A stretch of 37,930 nt of DNA from Sulfuricurvum kujiense (GCF_002742695.1 NZ_DLUI01000160.1); one strand, 5' to 3'. Numbered from the stretch's first letter, positions 7,535-17,404 are shown. A program made the numbers and translations. The notes: generated by a model not told the origin, from the letters alone.

Positions 7535-8494
7535 TTATAACCATTTTTTCTTACGGAAATAGACGAGTGGAATAATTCCCGTAATCACCATCAGTCCCAA
7601 CGAAAACGGATATCCGATATGCCAATCAAGCTCCGGCATAAAGTGAAAGTTCATCCCATAAATACTTGCGACCAACGTCGGAGGCATCAAAACTACACTG
7701 GCTACAGTAAAGAGTTTGATAATCTTATTTTGCTCGATATTAGTCTGTGCCAAAAAGAGATTTTGGAGATTATCGAGAGTATTGCCGTCAATGGTAATGA
7801 ACTCAACCAACGAATTAAGATCTTTCATCATAATCGAGATCTCTTGTTTGATAGGCTGTGAAAGTTTGGGCGATTTGACCAGTGCTGTTAAAATACGCCG
7901 TTTATCAAAAACCGATTGACGTACTTTTTGGGTAAATTCCTGCATGGTGGAAATTTTTCGCAGCAAATCAACCGTATGTCCATCCGGTTCCCACAAAAGT
8001 TTTTTACGTATTTCATCGGATTCTCTGGAGGCATATTCGAGTAAATCAGCATCTCTGTCGATTCGAATATCGAAGATTTGCATAAAAATATCATATCCCG
8101 AAAAAAGCTCTTTCGGATTTGATAACAGCATTTTACTCATCATGTCAAACGTTTGAAGCTCACTATCACGGACTGTAAATAAAATATTGTCCTGCAATAC
8201 AAAGCTGACACTTTCATTGTAGTGTGATTTTGCATTCTCTACAAAAAAGAAAGAGACAAAAAAGTATGAGTTGATTTTTATGCTTCGGCTATCTTCCCAG
8301 TAACGTGAGCTTAGTTCTATCTCTTCACGATCAAGCTTGGTCGGAAGTTTAATATTAAACAATATTTCAATCTGATTGATTTCCTCTTCATTCGGTTGAA
8401 GAATATCTATCCAAACAATTTTCTCATGATCATCTATTTTGCTTAAAGGAGTTGTCTCAAAAAAACTCTCGGTGCGTTGATAAATAGCAACCAT
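7535..8494 (-). CDS. corA: Magnesium/cobalt transporter CorA
   Basis: WIDI near the N-terminus, two C-terminal TM helices with PPTLVASIYGMNF and MPEL. ATG 8494 follows a purine-rich SD. Confidence 0.93.
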   Translation of the reverse strand: MVAIYQRTESFFETTPLSKIDDHEKIVWIDILQPNEEEINQIEILFNIKLPTKLDREEIELSSRYWEDSRSIKINSYFFVSFFFVENAKSHYNESVSFVLQDNILFTVRDSELQTFDMMSKMLLSNPKELFSGYDIFMQIFDIRIDRDADLLEYASRESDEIRKKLLWEPDGHTVDLLRKISTMQEFTQKVRQSVFDKRRILTALVKSPKLSQPIKQEISIMMKDLNSLVEFITIDGNTLDNLQNLFLAQTNIEQNKIIKLFTVASVVLMPPTLVASIYGMNFHFMPELDWHIGYPFSLGLMVITGIIPLVYFRKKKWL

Positions 8495-8540
8495 CTCTAC
8501 CCTTTTCCTTTTCACAAAATATATTTAACACAGTTACATA

Positions 8541-8546
8541 TATAAT
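8541..8546 (+). promoter_or_regulatory. Putative -10 box (TATAAT) for pyruvate kinase
   Basis: TATAAT in the AT-rich corA/pyk divergent gap, about 48 nt before GTG 8594. An alternative TAGAAT sits at 8551. Confidence 0.35.
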
Positions 8547-8593
8547 ACACTAGAATAGCTTCAAGTAGAAAATTTCAATCCTCAGGAGTTACA

Positions 8594-10030
8594 GTGCATA
8601 CTCATTCGCTCACAACATTGCTTGAAAAATTACTCGATATGAAAGAAAAGATGTCGCTGGGTCTCAATAAAAAAAATACAAATCTCTCTTTACTCAATAT
8701 GAAACACTATTTGAACCTTCGCAAGTATGATTTTTCGCAATTGCAAGATAATTTGACTAAAGTAGGATTGTCCTCATTCGGACGTTCTCAAGCCCATATG
8801 GAAGCGAGTATTAACGTAGCGATTGAGATGCTTTCTCATGCCTTACAAAAGAAAGTACATCTAGCACCATCACCTCTAAGTTATGAAAAATCGCATGCCA
8901 TTATGGATAAAAACAGCGAAATATTCTCATCTTCCAGTGATAAAACCAAAATCATGATTACCGTCCCTTCCAATTTTAACGATGACAAAAATTGGTTTAG
9001 TAACCTCTCCCGCGAAGGGGTACACCTCTTTCGGATTAATACGGCTCATGATAATCCCAAAGCTTGGAGCGAGATGGCTCAAGCGATACACGAAGTCAAC
9101 TCAGGTGAAAAAGATTTAAAAATTTATGTCGATCTCGCCGGCCCAAAAATCAGGACTTCTCTTACTAAATCTAAAAAATCTGGAAAACAAAAAAAAATAA
9201 AACTCTATTTTGGCGACAAAGTTCTGATTCACTCAGAACACTCCACACAGAAGAAAAAATCAAAGCACTATAGCATAGGGTGCACTCTCGAAAACATAGG
9301 TAACCTTGTTAAGATCGGAGATAGAGTATTTGTAGATGACGGTAAAATCGAAATGGTCATTGAAGAGATAATGGGGGAAGATATTGTTTGCGGTGTTCTC
9401 ACCAACAAAGAATCAGGAAGCACTATCAAAGATGAAAAAGGGATCAACTTTCCCGATAGTAATATTGACATTCGTGCAATTTGTGATCACGATAAAAAGG
9501 TATTGCCCCATATTTGTGAATACGCCGACATCATCGGGATATCCTTTGCTCAAACCCCCGAAGATATTCACGATTTGATCGATCAGCTCGATTTTTTAGG
9601 TAAAAAAGGCGCAATCACTATCGTAGCCAAAATCGAAACGAAAAAAGGGGTTGAGAATTTACCGCTGATTCTCGAGGAACTTATCAAATACGGCAACTCC
9701 GGTATTATGATAGCACGCGGCGATTTAGCGATTGAGATCGGATTTGAAAATCTAGCGTATATGCAAGAGGAGATTTTAGACCTATGCACGGCCGCTCATA
9801 TGCCTGTCATCTTAGCGACTCAAGTACTAGAGAATAAAATGAAAACCAATATGCCTAGCCGTGCCGAGATATCCGATGTTGCCTTCGCCCATAAGGCGGA
9901 GTGTGTTATGTTGAATAAAGGAGATTACGCCCTAGAGACGATCAAAATCCTAACCACCATTTTCAAACAAATGGATTTGATCTTCCGTAAAAACAAACTG
10001 CTCTATAATCCAAGCTTCCAGTGGAAGTAA
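8594..10030 (+). CDS. pyk: Pyruvate kinase, atypical form (N-terminal extension, no C-terminal allosteric domain)
   Basis: RINTAH, DLAGPKIR, VFVDDGKI, KGINFP, AKIE, MIARGDLAIE, ATQVLE, RAEISD and VMLNKG motifs. GTG start after a CAGGAG SD. Confidence 0.9.
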   Translation: MHTHSLTTLLEKLLDMKEKMSLGLNKKNTNLSLLNMKHYLNLRKYDFSQLQDNLTKVGLSSFGRSQAHMEASINVAIEMLSHALQKKVHLAPSPLSYEKSHAIMDKNSEIFSSSSDKTKIMITVPSNFNDDKNWFSNLSREGVHLFRINTAHDNPKAWSEMAQAIHEVNSGEKDLKIYVDLAGPKIRTSLTKSKKSGKQKKIKLYFGDKVLIHSEHSTQKKKSKHYSIGCTLENIGNLVKIGDRVFVDDGKIEMVIEEIMGEDIVCGVLTNKESGSTIKDEKGINFPDSNIDIRAICDHDKKVLPHICEYADIIGISFAQTPEDIHDLIDQLDFLGKKGAITIVAKIETKKGVENLPLILEELIKYGNSGIMIARGDLAIEIGFENLAYMQEEILDLCTAAHMPVILATQVLENKMKTNMPSRAEISDVAFAHKAECVMLNKGDYALETIKILTTIFKQMDLIFRKNKLLYNPSFQWK

Positions 10031-10039
10031 GTGCGTGTT

Positions 10040-11683
10040 TTAGTGGTTATACATCTTCACATAATATTCATGGGCCATACGACCTGAATCAAATGCAGGG
10101 ATTACATCCGCCATCGCACTTTTCATCATTTGAACCCAATGTTCCGGTTTATCGTAATACATCGGGATAATCTCATTTTCAAGCATATCCATCATATTCT
10201 TGTTATCTTCATCGTCTTGTGCTTCGATCGGTCGATTATGATCGATAGGAGGGATAGTAAATGAATTAATCGTATGTTTGGCAAATTCCGGGTGCCATCC
10301 ATCATCGGTAGAGAAATGGATAGAGCCGTTCATACTCGCAGTCATGCCGCTTGTCCCACTCGCCTCTCGTGATACACGCGGAGTATTAAGCCATACGTCT
10401 GAGCCTTTTTTGAGCATACGGGAGAGATCAAGCTCATATCCGACCAAAACCGCCATATTCGGATAATCATGGCTAATATGGATCAATTCGTTAAAAACAT
10501 TGATCGCATTAGTATCAAACGGATAGGGTTTACCTGCCCAGATAATCTGAACCGGTTTTTCAGTACGCTGTAGAAGCTTTTTAAATCGAGCAAAGTCGTA
10601 TTTAATAAGTCCGGGACGTTTATATTCCGCAAATCGACGTGCCCAAACGATAGTCAGTACATCAGGATTAAACACTTTACCCGTCTGATCGGCTACAACG
10701 GTGAACAAAGTCCGTTTGAGATGTTTTTTACGACTGATGATTTCATAGTCTTCATGCTCATCCAATGCCGCTAACAGCTCTTTATCGGTCCAAAAACGTC
10801 GGTTTTGTGCATTTGTGACATGAATAATTTCGGAGCGCCCTTCGCAATCTTTCCACATACGATTCGCCACTTCTCCGTGAAATTTAGAGACTCCGTTTGT
10901 AATTTTTGCAGAACGTAATGCCCCTACGGTGAGATTAAAGTTTTGCTCATTTTCCATTTTCATAATGGAACGAACCGTATCCAATTCTAAACCGTTGAAA
11001 AAACCGAACTTATGGAGCAAATCGATATTATGTTGCTCATTTCCGGCATCTTCAGGAGTATGCGTTGTAAAGACAACCCGTTTTTTGACTTCATCCATAT
11101 TTTTGTATTTATCATACAGCTCAAAAACAAGTGGCAATGCATGCCCCTCATTCATGTGATAGATATCAATTGTTTGCTTAAGTGATTCGAGAACCTTAAC
11201 TCCGCCGATCCCCAAAATAATCTCTTGTGAAATACGGGTCTCTTCATTTGCATCATAGAGTTTATGAGTAATAGTACGGGCAAGAAAATCATTTTCTGGG
11301 ATATCAGTTGAGAGCAATATTAACGGGGCGGAGCTGAAAACATCGGGAGAGAGGTAAAAAGCTTTGACATACACCTCTTGGGAGTGGATCATTACTTTCG
11401 CTTGAATACCCAAATCTTTGAGAAAATAGTAATGTTTTCGGACAAATTCCGCTTTTAAACTCCGATCAGGGCTACGCGTTTGATCGTAATAACCGAAACT
11501 CCACAAAATACCGACACCTACGACGTTTTGACGCAGATCATACGCACTTCTCATATGAGAACCGGATAAAAATCCAAGCCCACCCGAATAAATTTTAAGC
11601 CCTTGATGGATAGCAAACTCCATCGAAAAATAGGCGATACTCTTTGTGTATTTCGGATCGTATTCGTAATCGTGTAATATCAT
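10040..11683 (-). CDS. glgP: Short alpha-glucan (glycogen) phosphorylase family protein, GT35; PLP lysine replaced by Thr
   Basis: AYFSMEF, YSGGLG, HMNEGH, FTTHTP, HVTN, WARRFAEYKR, AGK, DVWLNTP and EASGTSGMTASMNG motifs; 547 aa. Confidence 0.88.
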   Translation of the reverse strand: MILHDYEYDPKYTKSIAYFSMEFAIHQGLKIYSGGLGFLSGSHMRSAYDLRQNVVGVGILWSFGYYDQTRSPDRSLKAEFVRKHYYFLKDLGIQAKVMIHSQEVYVKAFYLSPDVFSSAPLILLSTDIPENDFLARTITHKLYDANEETRISQEIILGIGGVKVLESLKQTIDIYHMNEGHALPLVFELYDKYKNMDEVKKRVVFTTHTPEDAGNEQHNIDLLHKFGFFNGLELDTVRSIMKMENEQNFNLTVGALRSAKITNGVSKFHGEVANRMWKDCEGRSEIIHVTNAQNRRFWTDKELLAALDEHEDYEIISRKKHLKRTLFTVVADQTGKVFNPDVLTIVWARRFAEYKRPGLIKYDFARFKKLLQRTEKPVQIIWAGKPYPFDTNAINVFNELIHISHDYPNMAVLVGYELDLSRMLKKGSDVWLNTPRVSREASGTSGMTASMNGSIHFSTDDGWHPEFAKHTINSFTIPPIDHNRPIEAQDDEDNKNMMDMLENEIIPMYYDKPEHWVQMMKSAMADVIPAFDSGRMAHEYYVKMYNH

Positions 11684-11721
11684 GATCTCTTCTTCTTACA
11701 AAATGGGGTATCTATGCAATA

Positions 11722-11730
11722 ATTGTAGCA
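11722..11730 (-). promoter_or_regulatory. Extended -10 promoter (TGcTACAAT) upstream of glgP
   Basis: The minus strand reads TGCTACAAT in the 52-nt glgB-glgP gap. Confidence 0.55.
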
Positions 11731-11735
11731 AGTTC

Positions 11736-13682
11736 TTAATGATTTTTATCTGCATTTCGTTTGAGATACAGAACACCTAATGGGGGAAGGGTCAGTGTTA
11801 ACGTATAAGGGCGTCCGTGCATCATCCTCTCCTCCGATTTTATCGGCCCTGTATTGCCGATATTCCATCCCTCGTAATAGTGCGATTGGGAATTGAAAAT
11901 TTCAACATATTCCCCCACATACGGTACACCTAAACAATAGTTTTCTCTCGGTTGATCGGCAAAATTGCACACCACATAGATATTTTCATCGGGGATATCG
12001 CTTTTTCGGATAAAGCTAATGCAATTATGGCTGTAGTCACGATCGTCAATCCACTCAAACCCTTCACGTTTTTCATCATACAGATGCAGTGCACGCTCAT
12101 TTTTATAGAGTGCATTCAGATCGGAGACCATTTTGTTTAGTCCGCTATGGAGAGGATATTCCAAAAGATGCCAATCCAACGAGCGTTCAAAACTCCACTC
12201 TGCAAATTGGGCAATTTCACCCCCCATAAAGAGGAGTTTTTTACCGGGATGTCCCATCATATATGCATACAATGAGCGTAAATGAGCAAATTTTTGATTC
12301 GTGTCACCGGGCATTTTGTTGATGAGGGAACCTTTCATGTGAACAACCTCATCATGACTCAGAGGGAGCATAAAGTTCTCATCAAACCCGTACCACATAC
12401 TAAAGGTGAGTTGATGGTGGTGGTGCTGACGATAGATCGGATCGTAACTCATATATTTGAGTGAATCATGCATCCACCCCATACTCCATTTGAATCCAAA
12501 CCCTAGCCCACCGACATCAACCGCTCTCGTCACCATCGGGTAGGCGGTTGATTCTTCGGCGATCATCAAAATATCGGGAAATTCTCCGTAGGCACTGATA
12601 TTGAGTTGTTTTAAAAACTCTATCGCCTCTAAGTTTTCATTCCCACCGTACTGGTTAGGGATCCACTCCCCCTCTTCTCGTGCGTAGTTGAGATAGAGCA
12701 TCGATGCAACCGCATCGACACGTATACCGTCAATATGATATTTCTCAAGCCAAAACATGGCCGAGCTAATCAAAAATGATTTGACTTCGTTTCGTCCGTA
12801 GTTGAAAATGATACTTCCCCATTCAGGATGATACCCCTGACGCGGATCATCGTGTTCATACAAAGAGGTGCCGTCAAAATTGATCAATCCATGCATATCA
12901 ACGGCGAAATGGGACGGTACCCAGTCCATAATCACTCCGATACCGTTTTGGTGGAGTGCATCAATGAGATACATCAAATCCTGCGGTGTTCCGAAGCGTG
13001 CCGTAGCCGCAAAATATCCGACCACCTGATATCCCCATGAACCGAAAAACGGATATTCGGTAAGGGGCATAAATTCGACATGGGTATAGTTCATCAATTT
13101 CAGATACGTTACCAGTTCAACGGCGAGTTCGCGGTAGGTGAGAAAACGGTTCTCTTCCTCGACTTTGCGTCTCCAAGACCCCACGTGCATCTCATAGACA
13201 CTAACGGGTGCATCATGGGCATTGTAACGATGTCGCTCACCCATCCACTTCTCATCGCCCCAGCCGTATCCCTCCAAACTCCAAACCCGTGACGCCGATT
13301 TCGGAGGCTCTTCGGCATAAAAACCGAACGGATCACTTTTATCATGGACGATATTATGAAATTTGGAGACGATGTGGTATTTGTAGGTAAGCCCCTGCTC
13401 GACTCCCGCAATAAACCCTTCCCAAATTCCCGATTCATCTTCACGTAACTTCAGAGGGTGTAAACCCGTATCATAATGGTTGAAATCTCCCCGTACGCTG
13501 ACGTATTGCGCATTCGGTGCCCACACCGCAAAATAGACCCCCGTTTTCCCCTCATGCACCATGGCATGTGATCCGAGTTTATCGTAGAGTTTGGTGTGAT
13601 TGCCTTGTTTAAACAGATAGATATCAAGCTCACTCAGTCTTGACACTTCATACGTTATAGGACAGTGTTGGATACTATTCAT
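11736..13682 (-). CDS. glgB: 1,4-alpha-glucan branching enzyme GlgB (GH13_9)
   Basis: FAVWAPNA, YEMHVGSW, SWGYQ, DWVPSHF, GIRVDAVASM, AEEST and LSHDEVVH motifs. ATGA overlap with the upstream glgA. Confidence 0.97.
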   Translation of the reverse strand: MNSIQHCPITYEVSRLSELDIYLFKQGNHTKLYDKLGSHAMVHEGKTGVYFAVWAPNAQYVSVRGDFNHYDTGLHPLKLREDESGIWEGFIAGVEQGLTYKYHIVSKFHNIVHDKSDPFGFYAEEPPKSASRVWSLEGYGWGDEKWMGERHRYNAHDAPVSVYEMHVGSWRRKVEEENRFLTYRELAVELVTYLKLMNYTHVEFMPLTEYPFFGSWGYQVVGYFAATARFGTPQDLMYLIDALHQNGIGVIMDWVPSHFAVDMHGLINFDGTSLYEHDDPRQGYHPEWGSIIFNYGRNEVKSFLISSAMFWLEKYHIDGIRVDAVASMLYLNYAREEGEWIPNQYGGNENLEAIEFLKQLNISAYGEFPDILMIAEESTAYPMVTRAVDVGGLGFGFKWSMGWMHDSLKYMSYDPIYRQHHHHQLTFSMWYGFDENFMLPLSHDEVVHMKGSLINKMPGDTNQKFAHLRSLYAYMMGHPGKKLLFMGGEIAQFAEWSFERSLDWHLLEYPLHSGLNKMVSDLNALYKNERALHLYDEKREGFEWIDDRDYSHNCISFIRKSDIPDENIYVVCNFADQPRENYCLGVPYVGEYVEIFNSQSHYYEGWNIGNTGPIKSEERMMHGRPYTLTLTLPPLGVLYLKRNADKNH

Positions 13683-15157
13683 TCTCCCCTTCTCCCCGCT
13701 TTAATACGATAGTAAAGTGCTTCATACTCTTTTGCCGCTCCATTCCAATCAAATCGTCTCTCCATCGCATTACGCTGCATTTGCGCAAACCCTTGCGCAT
13801 CATTGTACCACGTATACACCGCCCACCCTACGGTATTGATCAATGCATCCGGTGTCGCATCGTAAAATTTGAACCCTGTGCCATGATAAGCATCATTTCC
13901 GTAATTTTCAATCGTGTCATCCAACCCGCCCGTAGCTCGAACGATAGGGAGTGTTCCGTAGCGCAGAGAGTAGATTTGGTTTAAGCCGCACGGTTCAAAC
14001 AGCGAGGGCATCAAGAACAGATCGCTCCCTGCTTCGATTTGGTGCGCCAAATCGTTACGATATCCGATATAACAGCCGAATTTATGGGGATAGCGTCCGC
14101 AGATATCGCTGAAAAAATGTTCCGCCCATTGTTCTCCCGCACCGAGAAGGACGATTTGTATCTCCATCTGCATCAGTGCGTGAATCGAGTGGACAATCAA
14201 TTCGATCCCTTTTTGTTCTACTAATCGTCCCACTAGACCGATCACGGGAACATCATCGCGCTGCGGAAGTCCAAAGGTGCTCTGCAAGGCACGCTTACAC
14301 ACCTTTTTCCCCTCCATCGAGTCACACTCGAAGTTCTGCACAATAAAGGGGTCCACTGCAGGGCTCCATTCGTCATAATCGACACCGTTGAGTATCCCCT
14401 GAAGCTTATAGGCGTTCGTCTCAATTAATCGCTCCAATCCCCATCCAAACTCGTGAGTCCGTATCTCCTGCGCGTATTTTCGGCTCACGGTACTGATAGC
14501 ATCGGCATGAACGATCCCCGCTTTGAGGAGATTGACCCCATCATACTCTTCGATCTCATCGGCATTAAAATGTTCCCATCCGATATCCAAAATATCCATA
14601 GCCCCTTTGCTAAAGTGACCTTGATGCTGAAGATTGTGGATGGTTAAAAGCGATCCGGTATAGGCGAAATCGCCATCATAGGCATAATGGGTGTTAAGCA
14701 TCATCGGTATGGCAGAGGTATGCCAATCGTTTGCATGGATGACATCGGGATGAAAGCGGAGTTTTTTGGCAAGCTGCATCACGGCACGGGAGAAAAAGAT
14801 AAACCGTGTGTCGTTATCCAAATAACTAAATCCATTCTCTTCATACAATCCGCCGCGACCGAAAAATCCCTCATGCTCGATAAAATAGACCGGAACATCG
14901 GTGCCGGGAAGTATTCCCTCATAGACACCGGCCCACAGTTCTCCCAATGCTCCCATCGGGACACCAAGAGAACCGTGCATCATTTTAAGGGCGTATTTTT
15001 CACGATCCACACTGTAATAGCGCGGCATAACGAGTCGAATATCATGTCCCAAAGCTCGAAGTGCTTTAGGGAGCGCTCCGGCGACATCCGCCAACCCGCC
15101 GCTTTTAGCAAACGGAACAACCTCTGATGCGGCAATTAAAATATTGAGTTTATCCAT
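13679..15157 (-). CDS. glgA: Glycogen synthase GlgA (GT5), paralogue 1
   Basis: KSGGLADV, HANDWH, TIHNLQHQG, GILNGVD, RLVEQKG and PSLFEPCGLNQ motifs. A GGAGG SD favours ATG 15157 (alternative start 15163). Confidence 0.95.
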   Translation of the reverse strand: MDKLNILIAASEVVPFAKSGGLADVAGALPKALRALGHDIRLVMPRYYSVDREKYALKMMHGSLGVPMGALGELWAGVYEGILPGTDVPVYFIEHEGFFGRGGLYEENGFSYLDNDTRFIFFSRAVMQLAKKLRFHPDVIHANDWHTSAIPMMLNTHYAYDGDFAYTGSLLTIHNLQHQGHFSKGAMDILDIGWEHFNADEIEEYDGVNLLKAGIVHADAISTVSRKYAQEIRTHEFGWGLERLIETNAYKLQGILNGVDYDEWSPAVDPFIVQNFECDSMEGKKVCKRALQSTFGLPQRDDVPVIGLVGRLVEQKGIELIVHSIHALMQMEIQIVLLGAGEQWAEHFFSDICGRYPHKFGCYIGYRNDLAHQIEAGSDLFLMPSLFEPCGLNQIYSLRYGTLPIVRATGGLDDTIENYGNDAYHGTGFKFYDATPDALINTVGWAVYTWYNDAQGFAQMQRNAMERRFDWNGAAKEYEALYYRIKAGRRGE

Positions 15158-15986
15158 GATCATCCTCCAACAATTTTGCCCCCGCTAGCGGAGCATTTTC
15201 TAACACGCTCATCTCAATACGTAGCCCTTCTAATGCAGGAGCCAAAGCATAATGATTTAATTTTTCACGTAACAGTGTAACCAAATAAGGGTTTTGATCT
15301 ATTACACCTCCCCCTAAGACCAAAATCTCAGGATTGGTAAGGGTAACTAAAACTCCTGCGGCATAGAGGAGTCCCTCTTCAAATTGGATAGCAACGGATT
15401 TTTCCTTTCCCATTGACTTTAACGTGAGTAAGTGGGGAAGCTTATCACTGCCATAGTACTTTAGCCACTTTTCCAACCCCGAACCGGAAGCATACAATTC
15501 GACGCAGTTATTTCGACCACACCCGCAGTGAAGCGGCGATTCTCGGTAAGGGATATGCCCGATTTCAAACGCCATATTGCGGCTGCCGCGTACTACTTTT
15601 CCTCCATCAATCACCGCCGCGCCGATACCCGTTCCGACGAATAGCGCGGCAATACTGCCTGATTTCCAGTAGGAGGCTTCAGCACGAACCGCACAGTTTA
15701 GGTCATTATCGATACAAGTACGTATCCCATAACGGGCTTTTAATGTTGCAACGATATCATATTGATCAATATTAATATTAGGTGAAGCCGCTATGACCCC
15801 CTTATTGACCTGTCCTGCATAGGATATGCCGATAAAATCGATTTGGGGATGAAGAACCATTTGTGTATCAATATAGGCTAATAATCCTATCTCATGAGAG
15901 CTGACACTATCACTGAGAATACCTTCTTCACTCTCTATTTCACTTCGAAGATGGGTACCGCCGATATCGATAAAAAGTTTTTTCAC
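15150..15986 (-). CDS. ROK family sugar kinase, probable glucokinase
   Basis: DIGGT, DNDLNCA, GTGIGAA, EIGH, CGCGRNNCVE and LVLGGG motifs. No N-terminal HTH. Confidence 0.88.
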   Translation of the reverse strand: MKKLFIDIGGTHLRSEIESEEGILSDSVSSHEIGLLAYIDTQMVLHPQIDFIGISYAGQVNKGVIAASPNINIDQYDIVATLKARYGIRTCIDNDLNCAVRAEASYWKSGSIAALFVGTGIGAAVIDGGKVVRGSRNMAFEIGHIPYRESPLHCGCGRNNCVELYASGSGLEKWLKYYGSDKLPHLLTLKSMGKEKSVAIQFEEGLLYAAGVLVTLTNPEILVLGGGVIDQNPYLVTLLREKLNHYALAPALEGLRIEMSVLENAPLAGAKLLEDDHG

Positions 15987-17404
15987 TTCGAGAGTCTCGC
16001 ATAGATCCCTTGGTAAGCTTTGGCACTTTCACTCCATGAAAAATCGCATTTCATATTGTGATTGACAACAGCTTCAAAGTGTTTTTTATCACCGTAGAGT
16101 TCACACGATTTTTTCACCGCCGAAACCAAAGAGCGAGCTGTCGGAGAGGTAAACACTACTCCGTATCCAAATGGAGTAGTCTCATCGTACGTTTCCACTT
16201 TTTTCACCGTATCGGCCAATCCCCCCACTTTATTCACGATCGGAACGGCTCCGTAGGCAAAGGCAATCATCTGGTTCAACCCACACGGCTCGAAAAGCGA
16301 GGGCATTAGCAAGAAATCGGCCGCCGCGTACATTCGATGTGAGAGTGCTTCATCATATCCGAAATTCAGGTGGAGATTACCGTAGCGCTCAGCAAGAGCG
16401 GCAAGTGAGTCATGATACCCCTCTTCTCCCTCTCCCAGCAATACGACATTGCACTCCATCTGAGCAATTTTCGGTAAAGATTCCACCAACATATCGATCC
16501 CTTTTTGGTGGGTGAAACGACCGATAAAGGCAAAAAGAGGTTTACTAGCACCTTTGAGACCACACTGCTTTAAAAGATCATTTTTTGACCATTTTTTCCC
16601 TTTGGCATTGGTGTACTTCTCAATCAACGCCTCATCACACGACGGTGAGAAATACTCAGAATCGATTCCGTTTATGATCCCACTCAGTTTACGTCGGTGA
16701 ACATGTAAAAATCCTTCCAATCCGCATCCGAATTCTGAGGTTAAAATCTCTTTTGCATAGGTTGGGCTTACGGTAGTAACGGCGTCAGAGAATGCAATCC
16801 CCGCTTTCATAAAATTGACCTGATTGTAAAACTCAAGCGCATCCATAGTGAAATAACTCTCATTAATACCGATTTGAGGCAATAGCGAAGGGGGAAAGAC
16901 CCCTTGGTACGCTAGATTATGGATCGTATACACACACTTCGTCTCTATTGAGCTATCTTCCTTTATTAAAAGCGCGGCCAGCGCACACTGCCAATCGTTT
17001 AGATGGGCAATCGCATATTTTTCCCGTCGCAGCAATTCGGCGATAGCATACGAGAAAAGTCCGAATCGAAGAGCGTTATCCTCATACCCGCACTCAGGAG
17101 GGCCATAGAGGAACTCACGATCACACAGCAAGGGTGCATAGATAAAGCGATACGCTACGTTCTCATATGTCGTTCCATACAGCTCAACCGGATACAAAGA
17201 ACCGCCCATAGTAATCTCAAACGATTCGATAAGTTTGATTTTAAACTGTTTACGGTCGATGGAGTTGTAGAGGGGTAATACGACACTCACCTCATAACTC
17301 TCATTCAATGCCCTCGGAAGTGAATGGGAAACATCCGCCAGTCCTCCGGTTTTAACAAAGGGGTAAACTTCGCTTGACGCGAACAACATACGTTTATTAT
17401 TCAT
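15983..17404 (-). CDS. glgA: Glycogen synthase GlgA (GT5), paralogue 2
   Basis: KTGGLADV, HLNDWQ, TIHNLAYQG, GIINGID, RFTHQKG and PSLFEPCGLNQ motifs. Confidence 0.93.
   Translation of the reverse strand: MNNKRMLFASSEVYPFVKTGGLADVSHSLPRALNESYEVSVVLPLYNSIDRKQFKIKLIESFEITMGGSLYPVELYGTTYENVAYRFIYAPLLCDREFLYGPPECGYEDNALRFGLFSYAIAELLRREKYAIAHLNDWQCALAALLIKEDSSIETKCVYTIHNLAYQGVFPPSLLPQIGINESYFTMDALEFYNQVNFMKAGIAFSDAVTTVSPTYAKEILTSEFGCGLEGFLHVHRRKLSGIINGIDSEYFSPSCDEALIEKYTNAKGKKWSKNDLLKQCGLKGASKPLFAFIGRFTHQKGIDMLVESLPKIAQMECNVVLLGEGEEGYHDSLAALAERYGNLHLNFGYDEALSHRMYAAADFLLMPSLFEPCGLNQMIAFAYGAVPIVNKVGGLADTVKKVETYDETTPFGYGVVFTSPTARSLVSAVKKSCELYGDKKHFEAVVNHNMKCDFSWSESAKAYQGIYARLSK

Noticed and set aside
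9189-9197. A9 tract (and A8 at 8669-8676) in pyk as phase-variation sites
   Set aside because: The frame is intact and the tracts encode Lys-rich segments in AT-rich DNA. Contingency loci in this phylum are mostly longer poly-G/C or dinucleotide tracts.
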